From Lama glama (taxonomy: Eukaryota): 64,000 nt of DNA. The notes below the pieces were generated by a model that saw only the letters and a list, made by a program, of their open reading frames with translations, ran no database searches and was not told the origin of the DNA. Shown here piece by piece: positions 13,103-26,669 of this stretch (the first letter of the stretch is position 1; each line of letters begins with the position of its first letter). Location of the stretch: positions 59,644,001-59,708,000 of the forward strand of contig CM052824.1 of assembly GCA_028534125.1 (NCBI GenBank), given 5' to 3'. Both the position numbers and the translations under genes were made by a program.

Positions 13103-14189
13103 CTAGCGGGAAGGGGAGGAGGGAAGGGGGAGACACACAGTCAGGCTGGAGAGTGGAAGCTGGAGTCCCAGTCCGGGAGGTGTCCTGTTACAGGAGCCTT
13201 AAAGGGCCAGCGGCTCAGTCATCCCAAATATTTCCTCGGCCCCCTCCCACCCGACAGGTCACTACTTGTGTTGGGATAAACTGACATATTCACCCCTCCC
13301 TGCTCTCTCCATCACCCTCCCGGGTGCCCGGGTGTCAGGGGCTCCACAAAGCACACCTAGTGGGGGAGATGCCTGTTGGGGTGGCTCCCAGCCCCGGACA
13401 CCTTCCCAGCTGGGCTGCTCTCTCCAGGGGCAGCGCCTACACCAGACATCCTCACCTCTGCCCACCGCACCCCCTCTCCCCACAGCTGCAGCTCAAAGTG
13501 GGGAGACCCCGCGCCTGGGAGCCGGGCAGTGGGGGAGACAGGGCCAGGGCAGAGGGCGGCCCCTGCATGCAGGAGGGCACACCCCAGGCTCTGAGGCAGG
13601 AAATGCCTGAGAGGCCCCCGGGGGAACAGATGTGGCCTGAGGTCCAGCTGTGCAGGTGGCCGGGCAGGGTTGGGGTCTGAAGGACACTGGCTGAGCCAAT
13701 AGCCCCTTTCAAATGCCCTCTGTATGTGGGGCTGCCCCGTCCATCCCACACCTGAAGGACCTCGACCCCCACAGTCTCCACTGCTCCCCTGCTCCCCTGC
13801 CTGCAGCTTCTGCCTGGTCCACGCCCTCTGCCCATCCCGGGGCACTGGCAGCCCAGCCCCCTCCCCCGGGCCACACACAGAAGGAAGAGGAACTCCTAGC
13901 CTCGCGGTGTGGGCGTGTCCCCCGGGTCACCCTCTGTGGGATCCTGAGTGGGACACATCAGCCGCTGCCAGGAGCTTAAGGGAGGCCCCCGTCAGGGAGA
14001 GAGGGGGCGCCGGTCCACACTCCACTGTCTGGAACCCAGCACAGATCAGACCCCACAGGAAGGCTGGCAGCGAAGACCCCCTTCCCAAACTGGAGGCTCA
14101 AAGCAGGAGGGTAACACAGTAGCTGACAGGGGCCATACCTGCTCTAACCACAAACGCTTAAATAGCTCCTCTGAGCCAGCGGGGCTCCG

Positions 14190-14275
14190 AGCAGCAATTA
14201 ATTCATCATCATGACCTGAAGTGGGCGCTACTGTCCCCGGTTTGCAGATGAGGAGACTGAGGCATGGAGCAGGCA
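14190..14275 (-). mobile_element. MIR core fragment
   Basis: TCCCCGGTTTGCAGATGAGGAGACTGAGGCA. Confidence 0.55.
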
Positions 14276-15109
14276 GGACCTGCCTGAGCTGATGCTATGG
14301 CCCCAACAGAAGACACAGGAGACCAGCCTGAGAACCCCGGGGACGGTGAGCTGAGAGGCCTCCATCTGCAGGCAGGGGGCCTGAAGTTCCCATAGCAGGG
14401 TAGGGGGGTGGAGGCAGACCCGACAGCGGGGCCCTTGCGCCCTGCCCTCTGTCCCTTCCTCCACGTTCCTTGGAAGAGCACCCCGCACACATCCTGGGGG
14501 CCACCCCGTGCTCAGCCCCCTCTCCGCATCCCAGTCTTTCTTCCATCAGGAGGGCTGGGCGGCCCCTCTAGCTCATAACCCACCCCTCAGAGTGTCCACA
14601 TCTCCGAGCCCCAAGCCCCCTCCCGGCCTGCAGAGGGAGAGCCCCTCCTGAGGTCTGCCCAGCCCGGGGAGAGGGCGTGCAGCTCAGGTGACAGGTGACA
14701 GGCAACTTGTTCTTATCAGAGCCACTGCCCGCCCCCCTCCACGCAGTGCCTCTCAGAGGCCAGGCAGGTGCTTTCCTTGGATGATCCAGCCAACTGCCGC
14801 CCAGCGCGGATCAGCCCAGCAGACCCGTGCCCTCCCCCTCAGGGACAGCCAGCCTGGGGGAGGCTGCCGGGCACTGGCTCAAGGCGCTGGCGGAAACTGC
14901 CATCGGACAGATCTCCGGAACAGGCCTCTTGCTTTTCTATTGGCATCTCCAGGGTCAATCCCCCCACCCTGTGAACCTGGCGCCCCCACCCCGCCCTCCT
15001 AACCCCTGTGCCTCCACCTACAGAATCAGGGGGCCGGCCCACTCCCACCTCGTAGGTAGGCAGGTCAGCAAACTGCAGAGTCCGTGCGCTGGACTATCAC
15101 CCCTCCGCG

Positions 15110-15610
15110 CTTAGAAAGAAAAGAACGTCTGCTGCTACAGCCCGGAGGGAACGCGGAGACACGTCACCGACGGCTCCGCCACGCAGCTCACACACTGCAC
15201 GGCTCCCTCAGCGTGAAAGTCCCGGGAAGGCAAACCCACGGGGACAGGCGTGGACGGTGGCAGCCAGGGCTGGGCGGGGCTGCAGGGTGCTAGCTAAGGG
15301 GGTAGGATTCCCTTCTGAGGTCGTGAAAATGTTCTAAAGTGGACCATGGTGACAGGTACGCATATCTGTGAATACACATAAAAAACACCAAATTGTCCAT
15401 CCACCCATCCATCCATCCTTTTGATTGACACTAAGTCCTTGGAATCGACACCCACAGCACAGCTCAGTTCACCTGGGCCACAATTCCTGTGCCTGCGTGG
15501 GGATGCATGGATGACCCATAGGACAAGTTCCATCCTTGTAGGGTCTTTAAGGAGGTGAGTTGTGTGACATGCAAATTATAACTCAATAAAGCCATTTAAA
15601 AGAAAACAAC
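15110..15610 (+). mobile_element. Old L1M 3' UTR fragment interrupted by an insertion (about 15396-15546)
   Basis: GAAAATGTTCTAAAGTGG..TCTGTGAATACAC..AAAACACCAAATTGT, then the insert, then TTTAAGG..TGCAAATTATAACTCAATAAAGC. Confidence 0.7.
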
Positions 15611-15932
15611 TGAGGGACCCAGGGACCCGGTCCTCTCTCCTGGCCCAGGGCTGTTGATGCGGGTGGGGTGGGCTGGGGTGGGGAGGGACAGCCGACTGCT
15701 CCTGGAGGCCTGGGCTGGGGACCCCAAGTGCTCTCACACCCCCAGTGAGTGTCAGCTCTCTGCTCTGGGAGTGCCCTGCTTCTGTGTCCCCCTTCTTATG
15801 TCTCCCCAACTGGACTTCAGACCCTACAAGGATGGAACTTGTCCTATGGGTCATCCATGCATTCCCATGCAGGCACAGGAATTGTGGCCCAGGTGAACTG
15901 AGCTGTGCTGTGGGTGCCGATTCCAAGGACTT
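15433..15932. repeat. Inverted repeat: arms 15433-15546 and 15819-15932 (114 bp, 3 mismatches, 272-nt spacer)
   Basis: Direct base-by-base comparison; the right arm runs into the N gap. Confidence 0.95.
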
Positions 15933-16175
15933 NNNNNNNNNNNNNNNNNNNNNNNNNNNNNNNNNNNNNNNNNNNNNNNNNNNNNNNNNNNNNNNNNNNN
16001 NNNNNNNNNNNNNNNNNNNNNNNNNNNNNNNNNNNNNNNNNNNNNNNNNNNNNNNNNNNNNNNNNNNNNNNNNNNNNNNNNNNNNNNNNNNNNNNNNNNN
16101 NNNNNNNNNNNNNNNNNNNNNNNNNNNNNNNNNNNNNNNNNNNNNNNNNNNNNNNNNNNNNNNNNNNNNNNNNNN
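15933..16175. other. Assembly gap (243 N)
   Basis: Run of N characters. Confidence 1.
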
Positions 16176-19100
16176 CCTCCATATGGATGCCCAGGACTGA
16201 GGACAGGATGTGAGCCCACCCCCTTCTTGACAGGAGGCCGAGAGACTGGTGGGTCCTGGGGGTAGGGGATGAAGCCTGCAATACCCCCACCGCAGAGATT
16301 TCCTCTCTTCCATGTAACCCCTCTGGAGGTGGGTCTTCCCTGTTGGCTGCCAGACCAGGGCGGCCCGAGGACTGCTGGGAGCCTACCTGTCTGGCCTCAG
16401 ACATGAGCTGAGCGAGGACAGCTCAGCCAGGATTTCAGGTCTGTCCCCCACCTCCATCCCCCACAGGAGGACGGCCAGGCCAGCGGGGCAAACAGCCCCT
16501 GCCTCCCTGCTCAGAAGTAGGAGGCAGTCCGACGACAGCGGTGTTCAGATTTCAACTTGTCCACATTCTTTACTGATCTGAGGCGAGTGCCGGGGAATTA
16601 GTCACTGAACCACAAGGAGCGGGGCTGATAGGATCTCCACACCCAGCAGCCACAAGGCGGGAGGGAGCCCAGGGGCTTCCCGGGGAGCCGTGCACGAACT
16701 GCAGGTGCTGAAGCCGCAGCCCTGTGGGCCCTGGCGGCCAGCGAGGTCCCGCATCCTCTCACGCCAGCCCTCCGAGGTGTCGGACTCAGTGGCCGCCTGA
16801 GGTCCGGGGTCCTGGGGAGCCCCCTCCTCCCCTCCCCAGGAGCCTGAGGACAGTGGCCCTGCGCTGGGCCCAGCTCGCTGGGGAGGATGCTGTCCGGGTG
16901 GCCCGTCGGGGCTGCTCCTTCTCCTGTCCTGCTCCCCCGGATGCCCCCCACACCCCGAGAGAGGCGGAGATGGCTGTCCCGCGGGTGTCCCTGCCGCAGT
17001 GGCAGCGGCAGCTCTGAGCACAGCTGGAAGCCCGCCGATTAGGAAGCGCTGCTTCCTCGCCCCAAAAGGCCCTTTCTTCCCTGCCCGCGGGAGACTGCGC
17101 TTCCTCCCAGCTCAGTGGGCGGGAGGGCTGTGCTGGGGGCCCGCCCGCCTCAGACCCAGGCGCTAACAGCCAGGGAGCCCGGACCGAGGGGAAGCCAGAC
17201 GCAAGCCCGAGGTCCAACTTGGCCACATCAAAGCCAGCGGGGGTGGGGGGTTCTCCAGAACCAGAGGCCCCTTCGGCAGCAGGGAAGAACTCGGGCAAAA
17301 CCAGGACATTTTTGGTTTGTTTTGCTTTCAATAAGAACTCCCAGGAGAGCGGGCTGATCGGGACACGCCCGGCCCGCGGCGGCCCTCATGTGCCTACATG
17401 TGCGTGCAGGGCTCCTGGGCCCGACCCAAGGAGGGCCATGAGCGAGCGGGCAGGCGGGCAGGCGGCGGGCGCCAGCGGGTGGCCTCCCCTCCAGCCTCCG
17501 CGGAAGCGCGGGGCCTGCCTCGGAGGCCCCGATGCCTTGGGGTGTGGGTGGGAGCTCGGGGAGGCGTCAGGCGAGCACATCGCTCTCAGGTCCTCAGAGC
17601 GTCCTGCAAAGCCCAGTGAAGCCCTGGGAGCCTCTCCCACCAGGACCCGGCAGCCCCTCCAAGACAGCCCCATCCATCTGCTGCACACACATGCATTCTG
17701 ATGCGCTCTGTCAACTTGGAGAAGGATGCCGGGCAGGGCAGAGGGGTCAGAGCTGCCCTCCGGGTGCAGGTGCGGATGGTCTGCACAGCGAACCGGGTCT
17801 GCGTCCCAGCCTCTGTAGGGCAGCGGGCTTGCTCCCGGGGTCAGCGTTTCTTGGGCAGGAGGCCCGGGTGGCCTATCTTTGCTCGGCGTCGGGCGAGGGC
17901 ACACCCTGACAGCCACGTCCGGGCATGTGCTCGCACACAGGGCCCAGAACACACGCAGGCAAGTGGCTTACACCTCGGGCTGTGGCCACATGTCCGTGGA
18001 GAAAGGAGGCCGGGTAGGGGTTGGGGGTGAGGGGGCCCCGCCCCCTGGATGGACATCTCGCCCTGCTCCGGAAGGGAGCTGGCCTCTGCCGGATTCTGGA
18101 GTCCTAGGAAAAGGAAGACGCTCCCCGAGGAGCAGTGGGGAGAGGTCCGAAGGGGGCTGCCCTGGGGTAGGGTCTGGTTCCAGCTCCCTCCTCCCCTCCC
18201 CTTCCTGTCCTAGCCGCATCAAGTCCCCAGCCCCCGCCCCCATCTGCTGGGGGCCTTCCTGGGCACAGGTTAGCACCAGATTGGATGCTCAGAAACTCTG
18301 GGTTAAATGAATCAGACCCTGGAACTCACAAGAAGACCCCACAAGTCACACAGGCCTACTGCTCTGGGCGCACTTTGAGGCCCAAGGCAGCTCCAGCCCA
18401 CGGCAACGCCTCCAGAAGACCCCGGTGAGAATGGCCACGTTGCACTGACCAGTGTCCCTGCCAGCGCCCCGGGGGCCAGGCCACCTCCCTCCAGGGTGCT
18501 CCCCACGGGGGTGTCCCCCCACGTCCTACCCTGCCCCCCACCTACCGATTGCCGTCCTAACCAGCCGGCGGAACTGCACGAGCTGGGCTCTCCCGGCTCC
18601 ACGGGGTTGGTCTTTTCCTTGTGAGCTGGGTTTTGGGATTTTATAAGTATCCCATTTTGTGTATTTATTTAGAATTTGTGAACCATCTCGAATGATTTTG
18701 GGGGACGTACATGGAAAATAAACTTACAAAGTCTGTGTCCCACTCCCTTCTAATCTCACGCCTCTTCGCGTCCGCCACCACCGTTAGCAAGGCTCCAGGC
18801 CGCGAACGTCAGACACCGGAAGCACAGGCGGACTGCGACCACAGGCACGGCAGTCGGGGGACACAGCACAGATTTACATTTGGGTACCACAACCAGTGGA
18901 AGTTTTTTTTTTAAGTGAACGTGATAACAGAAAATCTTGCCAGTAAAACTTAAAACCATTCTGGTTACGTTCCCAAAGGCTCACGGTTTCAGGCTGCCTC
19001 AGCGGTCGGTCGAGGGGACACCATGCTGAGCAGGGGCAGCTGGAGAGCCCTGGGCTCAAACATGGATTCAGGAAGCGTCTGTTTGTCCCAGCCACAGGGA

Positions 19101-22100
19101 CACAAAGATTCAAAAGACCGGACTGCCGCTCCTTTGGGCAGTGATGACAGCTCCCAGGGAGCCCCAGTTTCCAGCCTCCTTCAGACCCTGCAGGTCGGTA
19201 CCATGGGGCCTTTGCTCATGCTGTGCCTCCCACCCCCAGCGCCATGCATCTCCTCTAACTGTATGGCCTCTCAAGGCTCACCTCCTCCCTGAAGCCTCCC
19301 AGGCTCTCTCCAGCTGTCCGGCTTCTCCAGGTAGAGTAAGGACTCAATGACTCACACCCTTGTGGGTTTGCATCTGTGCCCACCGTTTACCAAGAGCTTC
19401 TGTGAGGGCCCAGGAGTTAACACCCTGAAACCTGAGAATGGTGCCCAGCACACAGCGCGCGGAGAAGTGTCTGCCGTTGTTCCTACTGGCTCCCTCTCCC
19501 CCTACCTGCCCCAGGTGGGCATAGGTCCTGTGGCCACGGTCCTGGGAGCTACACATGGATGGCCGTCGTGGAAACACACCACTTCCGATTCTGTCTTTTA
19601 CAAGCCACAGGAAGGCCAGCTCGCACATCCTGCATTCTTCCACATTTCTGCCAGAAATGGAGGTTTCATGCTTTTAAGGTTTTTACTGTTCCTTCAGGGT
19701 CTGGTTGGGAGAAGACGGTCACACAGGGCACCTTCCCGAGGCCCTGAGGGCCAGTCTCTGGGAGCTTGGACCTTTTCTGGCAGCTGGGACCCACATTCCC
19801 CTCCTCCCTCCCAGAGCCACTTCAGTTCAGCAGAGAACAATCCACTGGGTCACAGCGCACCCTTCCCTCCACACCCAGAATGGGTCTGAAGGGACTCAGC
19901 AAGGACAGGAATGACCAGACAACTCAGAGAGCACAAGGGAGCCTGTCGGGTGGTGGTGGCAGGAGCTGGCAACCGGCGTAAACAGGGACCCAGGACAAGA
20001 CACGCGATGATAGGCTCCCCACCGCCCAGGGAGCAGGGACGCCTCCGCTGGGTCAAGACAAGGAAACTCCTTCGCGGTGCAGAAGTGCTGAGACGGGAGG
20101 CTCCTGCTGAGCCAACCTCTCTCCACTAGAGCAGCGCGTGGCGTCCAGGAGCCTTCCCCCTATTTGAGTTCCTGCTTCTAGGTTAAGAACCCGCTGCGTG
20201 TCTAGGACCTGCAGCTCACACAGGCAGCTGTCCAGCAGGCCAGCCCATGGTGCCCAAAGCATGTGCCCCGGAAGGCATGAGTGCAGACCTTATCAGAGCC
20301 TTGAGGACAGCCACTGTGTGAGGCAAATCTGGGAGAGAGAAGTGTCACAGAGGGCTTGCTGACCGGGAGCTCCTGTCCCCACCAGGCTGGCTGGCGGGGG
20401 AGTGCGGGAGAGGACCTGACACAGCTTTGGCTCTTTAAGATGCCCCTGTTTCTGGCAGAGGGGAGGCTGGAGGGGGACAGTTCCCTTCCAGACAGGCAGG
20501 GATGAAGTCCCACCCCGTAGGACAGGAGACCTGCTCCTGTCTCCCACCCCGGGGCAGCCCAATCCCACTGGCCCATCCCAGTGGCCTGGCCGCATGGCTT
20601 GTCCATTGCCCACTCTGTTCTCAAGAGGAGGCCCAGAGATCTGATGACAGTGGCCAAATGGCAGGACACCCTGTGTCAGCTGGGCCCAGGGGCACCTCGT
20701 CTGCCTGGGGGGACTGGGTTGGGTCTGCATTGCCGGACTCTAGGGAAACCAGGAGCGTCCCTGCGAGGCCCCTCCTGGGCTGTGCCTGTGCCCTGCCCCT
20801 TCCAGGAGCAGGCGGGTGCGTTTTTGAAAAAGGAGGTCCTGGGAACAGCAGCATTTAAGGGCCCACCGGACTGGAAGGAACAAAGGCTCCGGTTTGTCTT
20901 TTTTCTCTATTTTTGGAGGAGTTGTCCTTTTTTAACTGAGGGGAGGGGGTGTCCCTTTTTCTCTGGCCCTAAGCCTCCAAAGCACACAGCGAAGGCTTCG
21001 CCGCGTGCCCAGCATCTCAGCACTCGACCCCCGCGCTTCCCAGAGCTGAAGCGTGCGGGGCACATGGCGCCCTGCGCAGAGACAGCACACTGGAGGCAGC
21101 TGGGCGGGGATCCCCTGCCCCAGGCTCTTCTCCCTTTGTGGTCTCAGCTGAGCTCAGGAGGGTCACGCAGGGGACCCTCAAGAACCCAGAAAGGACGTCT
21201 CGCCTCTGAACTGGCATTTTCTGTGTCTTCCATCCTCTCCCCAAGGCTCCTGACGGCGGGAAGTGAGGATGTTTTCAAAAACACCCAAGAAGCCCAAACG
21301 TGGCTGCAAGCACAGTCCGCCCGCGACCCTCCCACTTGTGGGAGGCGGTGGGAGTTCCCCAGTCCTCCCTCCCTCCCCATTTCCCTGCCCCGCTTGCTTC
21401 CTCCCTCTCCCCTCCCCCTCCCCCTCTCCAGCCTCGCTGGGTCTAGCACCGAAGTCTGCCCAGGCGCCCTCAGGGTCCCGCGGGGACAGGGACGGGCTCT
21501 GCAGATGCCCTCCAAGGTCAGCCCCAGGCCTCCCCCAGCCCTGTTCTCCCCACCCCTGCAACCTTTGACATGCTACGCATGCCCACCAGCTCACAAGGGG
21601 CTGCCTCTCCTCCCCCAGCCCCTTCCTCACTCCTTCAGCCAGATTCTGCCCCAGGCCTCCTCCAGCAGCCTGGCCTGCAGCCAAGCCCAAGGCAGGGCCA
21701 CAGAGCCCTCCTTTCCCGGGTGGGCGAGCTCACGGTGGGAGCCCGCGGGGAACCCGAGACTAGGGTCTCAGCTCCCCCTTCACCATGGCCTGGCTGTGTG
21801 ATCCAGGGCGGTGACCGCTCTGCGGAAAACAGTGTCCGCTGTGGTTTCCTCATGGGACTAGAGTGTGGATCCAAATCGGAGGAGGCTGTGTGCAGGGGTC
21901 ACCAGGTGGAGCCCCACCACACACTCCCCACGCTCCGCTGGGCCCTCCACTCAGAGGCCCCTCCCCACGCCTGTCCTGCTCAGATGCTGTCTCCTGCAGT
22001 GAGGCCCCCAGCCCACCTCTCCCACTCCTGGAACCCAGCACCGCCTACCCCGGCCTCTGCGCTGCATGTTCCCACTCACTCTGCTGCCCACACCGGGAGG

Positions 22101-25100
22101 AGTTCACAGCGGACAGACGTGTGCCTGTCACCCCGGGTTTGAGTCCCTGGGTTCTGATCTCCGAGGGCTCTGCCCGGGGAGGGTCAGCCAGGCACGCCCG
22201 TCCTCTGGTGCGCTGTCGGCCTGACCCCCAGTGCCCCTGTGCTCCCCGGGGAATACCGACACCAGACTTTGAAAAAACAGAGTATGAAACTTCAAACTCC
22301 CTGATCTTTCCTCGCAGGCATGTCTGGGCTTGGGCACAACCTCACCCAGAGGTAAGTGCCTGACATGCCGTCTGGGCTCCGGCTTGGAGATAACCCATCC
22401 CACACGGAGCAAGACCTCCATCCCGCTGGTGTTTCCCACAGTATCTCCAGGAGCCTGTGATTAAACGGATGGAAATGCCAACAAGATTCGACTTGTGCTT
22501 AGGGGGGAAGTCTCCCTCTCCTCCTGAAAGTATGCACATACAGTCTCTCCTCTCACCGGGACCTTGCCCAATCCCCGCCAGGGCCACGTGGAACTTTCCA
22601 CACCTCGCACCGGAGCAACGTGCCCCGAGCCGCCCTGGCTGCCGCAGGAGGCATGTGTCTGCAGGACCCGAGGCCGGAGCAGCCCTGCCGCCAACCTCCA
22701 CCTGCAGATCGCATTGCTGAGACAGGGAGGGCGAGGCCTGGACCCGAGAGCATCCACAGGGCCCCGCAGGGGTCTCGGGGCTGCGCCCTCCCAGGCTCTG
22801 CAGAGCTGCCCGAGAACAGGCAGGTGACCCAGGGATGGGAAACGAGCCCAGTCCGGACCCCACCTCCCAGGGCGCTGAGAGCCCGGAAGGAAGGTGGGGT
22901 GCTCTGGGACTGACCACGACCATGGACAGGGCAGGGCTCCTCAGGTGCAGTGGAGGTGCTGGCCGCCACTTCCCTGAGCACCGCTGCCTGCAGCCCCAGA
23001 GCCTGGCCACCCTGTCACCAGGACATCCCTATCCATCCATCCCTCTGTCCATCTGTCCGTCCATCCTGCAGGTGCTACGCAGGCCCTGTCTGCACAGACC
23101 TCCTGCAGGGCGCTGAGGCACCGAGGGGCCGTCAACAGGGTGGCCCCCTCCCCAGTGGGGGAGAATCACTTGTGACCAGAGCAGTGAAGGGGCAGGGAGG
23201 GTGTGGTGGGAAGGCCAAAGAGGGAAGAGAGCTGCTCAGAGCCTTGCGGGGAGCGCAGTCCAGATGGAGGGGAGGGCCCCAGGGCCCCAGAGCTGAAGAA
23301 GCACCTGCACTAAGTTAACTCAGCGAGGCCCGCAGGCCCGCCCCAGACCCCCACTCCAGCTCTGAGCCCGGGACCAGCTCCCTGGCTGGGGAGGGCAGCT
23401 CAGCCCTTCGACACATGTCCATCGGGGCTCCCTCCCATGTGCTGGGACACAGGAACTAAGAAACAACCCGTGCCCTCGGGAGCTTAACTCGCAGGAGATG
23501 ACAGCAAGCCAACCAACCAACCACGGAGCAGGGACCGAGGGCAGGGAGCACACAGGGGCTCGGGGCTTCAAAACGGGCTGAAAACAAAGAAAAAAAACAA
23601 AAGCAGGCCGGCACCAGGAACGGAGGAGGGAGGGGCGGGGGAGGGGCGGGGGTGCCGAGACCCGGGGATTCTCAAGGCCGGAGGAGAGAGATGCCACTGG
23701 CTGCAGGTTCTGGGCGGGGCCGAGGGGAGGTCCAGACCCAAACCAGGGGGCAGAGGGCCTGCGGGCAGAAGACCAGGCTTCAGGGCCAAGTGCAGGACCC
23801 GGGGCAGAGGTGAAGCACCCTCTCCATGGGAGCCCGCGGGGACTGAGCGGAGAAGGGACTGGGGCGTGTGGGAGAGCGCGGGGCTGGAGCGGTGGAGTCC
23901 GGAGGTCAAGCCAAGGGAACGGGCTCCTAATAAGCGGGGTGCTGGGTGTTGTAGGAAGGGGCTGGGGTGGCTCCGGCTGAGCGAAGGGAGGGTGCGTTTT
24001 TCCACCAGCTGAGATGGGACAGGCACCGTGGCGGTGGCGTGAGAGCTGCTGCGGGGACAGACTAGAACCTGGTGGAGGGTCAGGAGCCTGAGCGGGGTGG
24101 CCTGGCTGATGGGCTGACCTCTCTGTCCCCCTGAATCAGGCTCCGGTATCTCCTTCCCGACAACCAGTCCCTCCCGCACCCCGAGAGCAGCACCGGTGGG
24201 GAGTGCGCCTTGTGGCTGCTGCCCCAGCCCCAGCCCCTACTCTCAGTCCAGCTCTGTCCTCTCCCAGCCACAGACACGCCTCCCGCGGGGTCCACAGAGG
24301 CAGGATCCTCTTCCATCCTCGCTGCCCCCCACCCTGCTCTCAGCAGCATGCCCCCCACCAGCACACCCTTTCCTGGATTCCCAGGCCCTCTGGTCTCCTT
24401 GGCGGACGCCCCAGTGGTCACCTCCACCCACATTCTGGCACGCGGGACACCTGCCCCAAAGTGCCCAAGCGGTGCTCCAGCCAACGTGGCCCAGACTCCA
24501 ACCGCCCTCCCAACTGCGAGGCTCGGAACCCTGGACACTGTCCTCCACTCCTCTCCTGCCCTTATTCTGAAGGTCATCTCCGAACTTCCCCCTCATCTGA
24601 CCACCTCCCACCACCTCCCAGATGCTCCCAGCCTGACCTCAGCCCCACTGGACGTCCCCTCCTTCCCTCCCTCCCGTGGCTTCCGCAATTCCCCCTCCTC
24701 CACCCCTCCCCCTCCCCATCTGGCTGCTCCCCTCCTCACCTGAGGAGCCTCTCGCACACTAGACTGTCACAGAAGAACGCTTACCTTTCACCCCGAATCC
24801 CCCTCTGAAGTTTCCCATCGGAATAAATGCTGACTCCCTTTCCCCGGTCACTCAGGTCCAAGCCTCAGCTCAGCAGCAGATCCCAACCAGAACCCCAGTG
24901 CCCATTCCCACTGGTCCCAGGGCCTGCACCCTGCTCCACCCCAGCCTCCCGCCAGCTCCCGGCCTCGCCCTGCCCCCAGGTGGCCTGCTCGCAGCACTGC
25001 AGGACCGACTGCTCCAGGAGCTCAGGAGGGACCCCGCCCTCCTCCCTCCCTGTGCCTCGTATGCAGCAGGTGCTCAGCAAGTATTTCCTGACACATGATT

Positions 25101-26669
25101 GGCTGCTCCTGCCTGGGGCTGCTCCTGCCCGGAGGCCACCCCTCATGTCTGTAGGAACGGGTGCAGCCCTGCTCCAGCACACAGCACACAGGGACAGTGG
25201 CAGGGGCCAGGCCCCGTCACCCGTGATCCAACCTGCGAGGGCCTTGCAGCCCAGACGGACCTGGGCCGCCAGCGCAGGCAGGCACGGGGGCGGGGGGAGC
25301 CAGGGGCGTCCGAACATGCCCTTCTCCTGTCTTGAGACTGTAAAGTCGATACTCAGTGAAACAGCGAGCCTGGGAGGAGCCTAGGTGGGGTCCCTGACAC
25401 CCACCCGAAAGAGCAGAGGACAGGAAAAGTTGGAGAGTCCGGGCGGTCCCAGCGCTCGTCCCTTCTGAGAAGGGTCCCCCAGGGCAGGCCCTCGGTTCCA
25501 TCCTGCTCCGTGAGCAGCTGGTGCTCGTAGGTGGGAGAAGCTGCTTGGACCCAGCACCAAGCCCGCCCCAGCACCAGCTGAAGGGGCCCAGGAGCTGGGA
25601 GCCGCAGAGTCGGAGCAGGCGATGGCCCAGCCCTGACCGGGGACCGCGGGAACCGCGGAGAGAGAGCGTCAGACCCGAGGCCGGTGCGGGAGGCGGCCTC
25701 CTGCTCACACCAGAACCGGGGCTCAGGAAGGTGGGTCTCCCAGGAAACCCAGCGGGGCCCCCGACAGCAGCCCGCAGCTCTGCGTTGCCCTCCCGGCCCA
25801 GCGGGCCCCAGACAACCGCAGAGGCGCCGCATGATCTCAGTTCATCCTGTTTGTTCAGACCACTTCCTCTCTCCTCTCGTGACACCTGCACGCTGTGGCG
25901 ACGTTACAAGTACGCTCCCTCTGGAACAGAAACGGAGGCGCTTGCACAGTCAGCAAGACCCCGCCCAGCCCACCAGGCCGGGGAAGAGGCTCCGGCAGCC
26001 TCCACCACCAGCAGGCTGCTCTAGACACCTGCTGATGGAGCCAGCGGATGAACTGGCCAGGTTATCCGCGGTGCACAGGGAAGCCGGGTGCTGATGGGGC
26101 TGGCCACTGCTGGTCCCAGGGCAGGGCGGCCGCAGCAGGGTGCATGCCAGCGGCTCCCTGCGCCCACGGCTCCTGCAGGCAGGCGATGCCCCATGGCCCG
26201 GAGCAGGGGGCCTGTGCCCCCAGTCACCGCTCCCTCCCCACTCACCGAAAGGCGACTCACTGTCACACCTACTTCACTGAAGAGAAGCTTGTACCAGAGT
26301 CCTCTGTGTCCCCAGGGCTTCCCCTGCAGGGCCCAGGCTTGTGGCTCTGCCTTGGGTTCCATGTGTGACAACAGACACCCAGGTGGCGGGGGACAGCCCC
26401 TCCGCCTCCACACACGGAGCCCCTGGCCTGCAGGTGAGCCTGGTGACAGGCAGTGGTGGGTAAATGGATCAGTAAAGGAGAAGTGACAGGGGGGAGAGAC
26501 GGGACTCCAGCTGCAGTCCACACCCGGCTGCACGCTTTCCCAGGGCTGGGTTTCAGATAAAAAGGTCACGCCCGGGGTGTGGAGATGCCGGGAGATTCCA
26601 GAGTGCACGAAGCCAGCGCCCGGGTTGGGCCGTGAAGAAGGGTCATCACACCCCTCACCTCCCCTGGGC

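Noticed and set aside
15576-16404. ORFs spanning the N gap
   Set aside because: Artefacts of translating through Ns
20581-21801. 406-aa plus-strand ORF
   Set aside because: Non-ATG start, Pro/Ser/Leu low-complexity composition, no recognisable domain; expected by chance in GC-rich intron
24210-24743. Mucin-like Pro/Thr/Ser-rich ORF
   Set aside because: Results from a C-rich strand bias; non-ATG start, no splice or domain support
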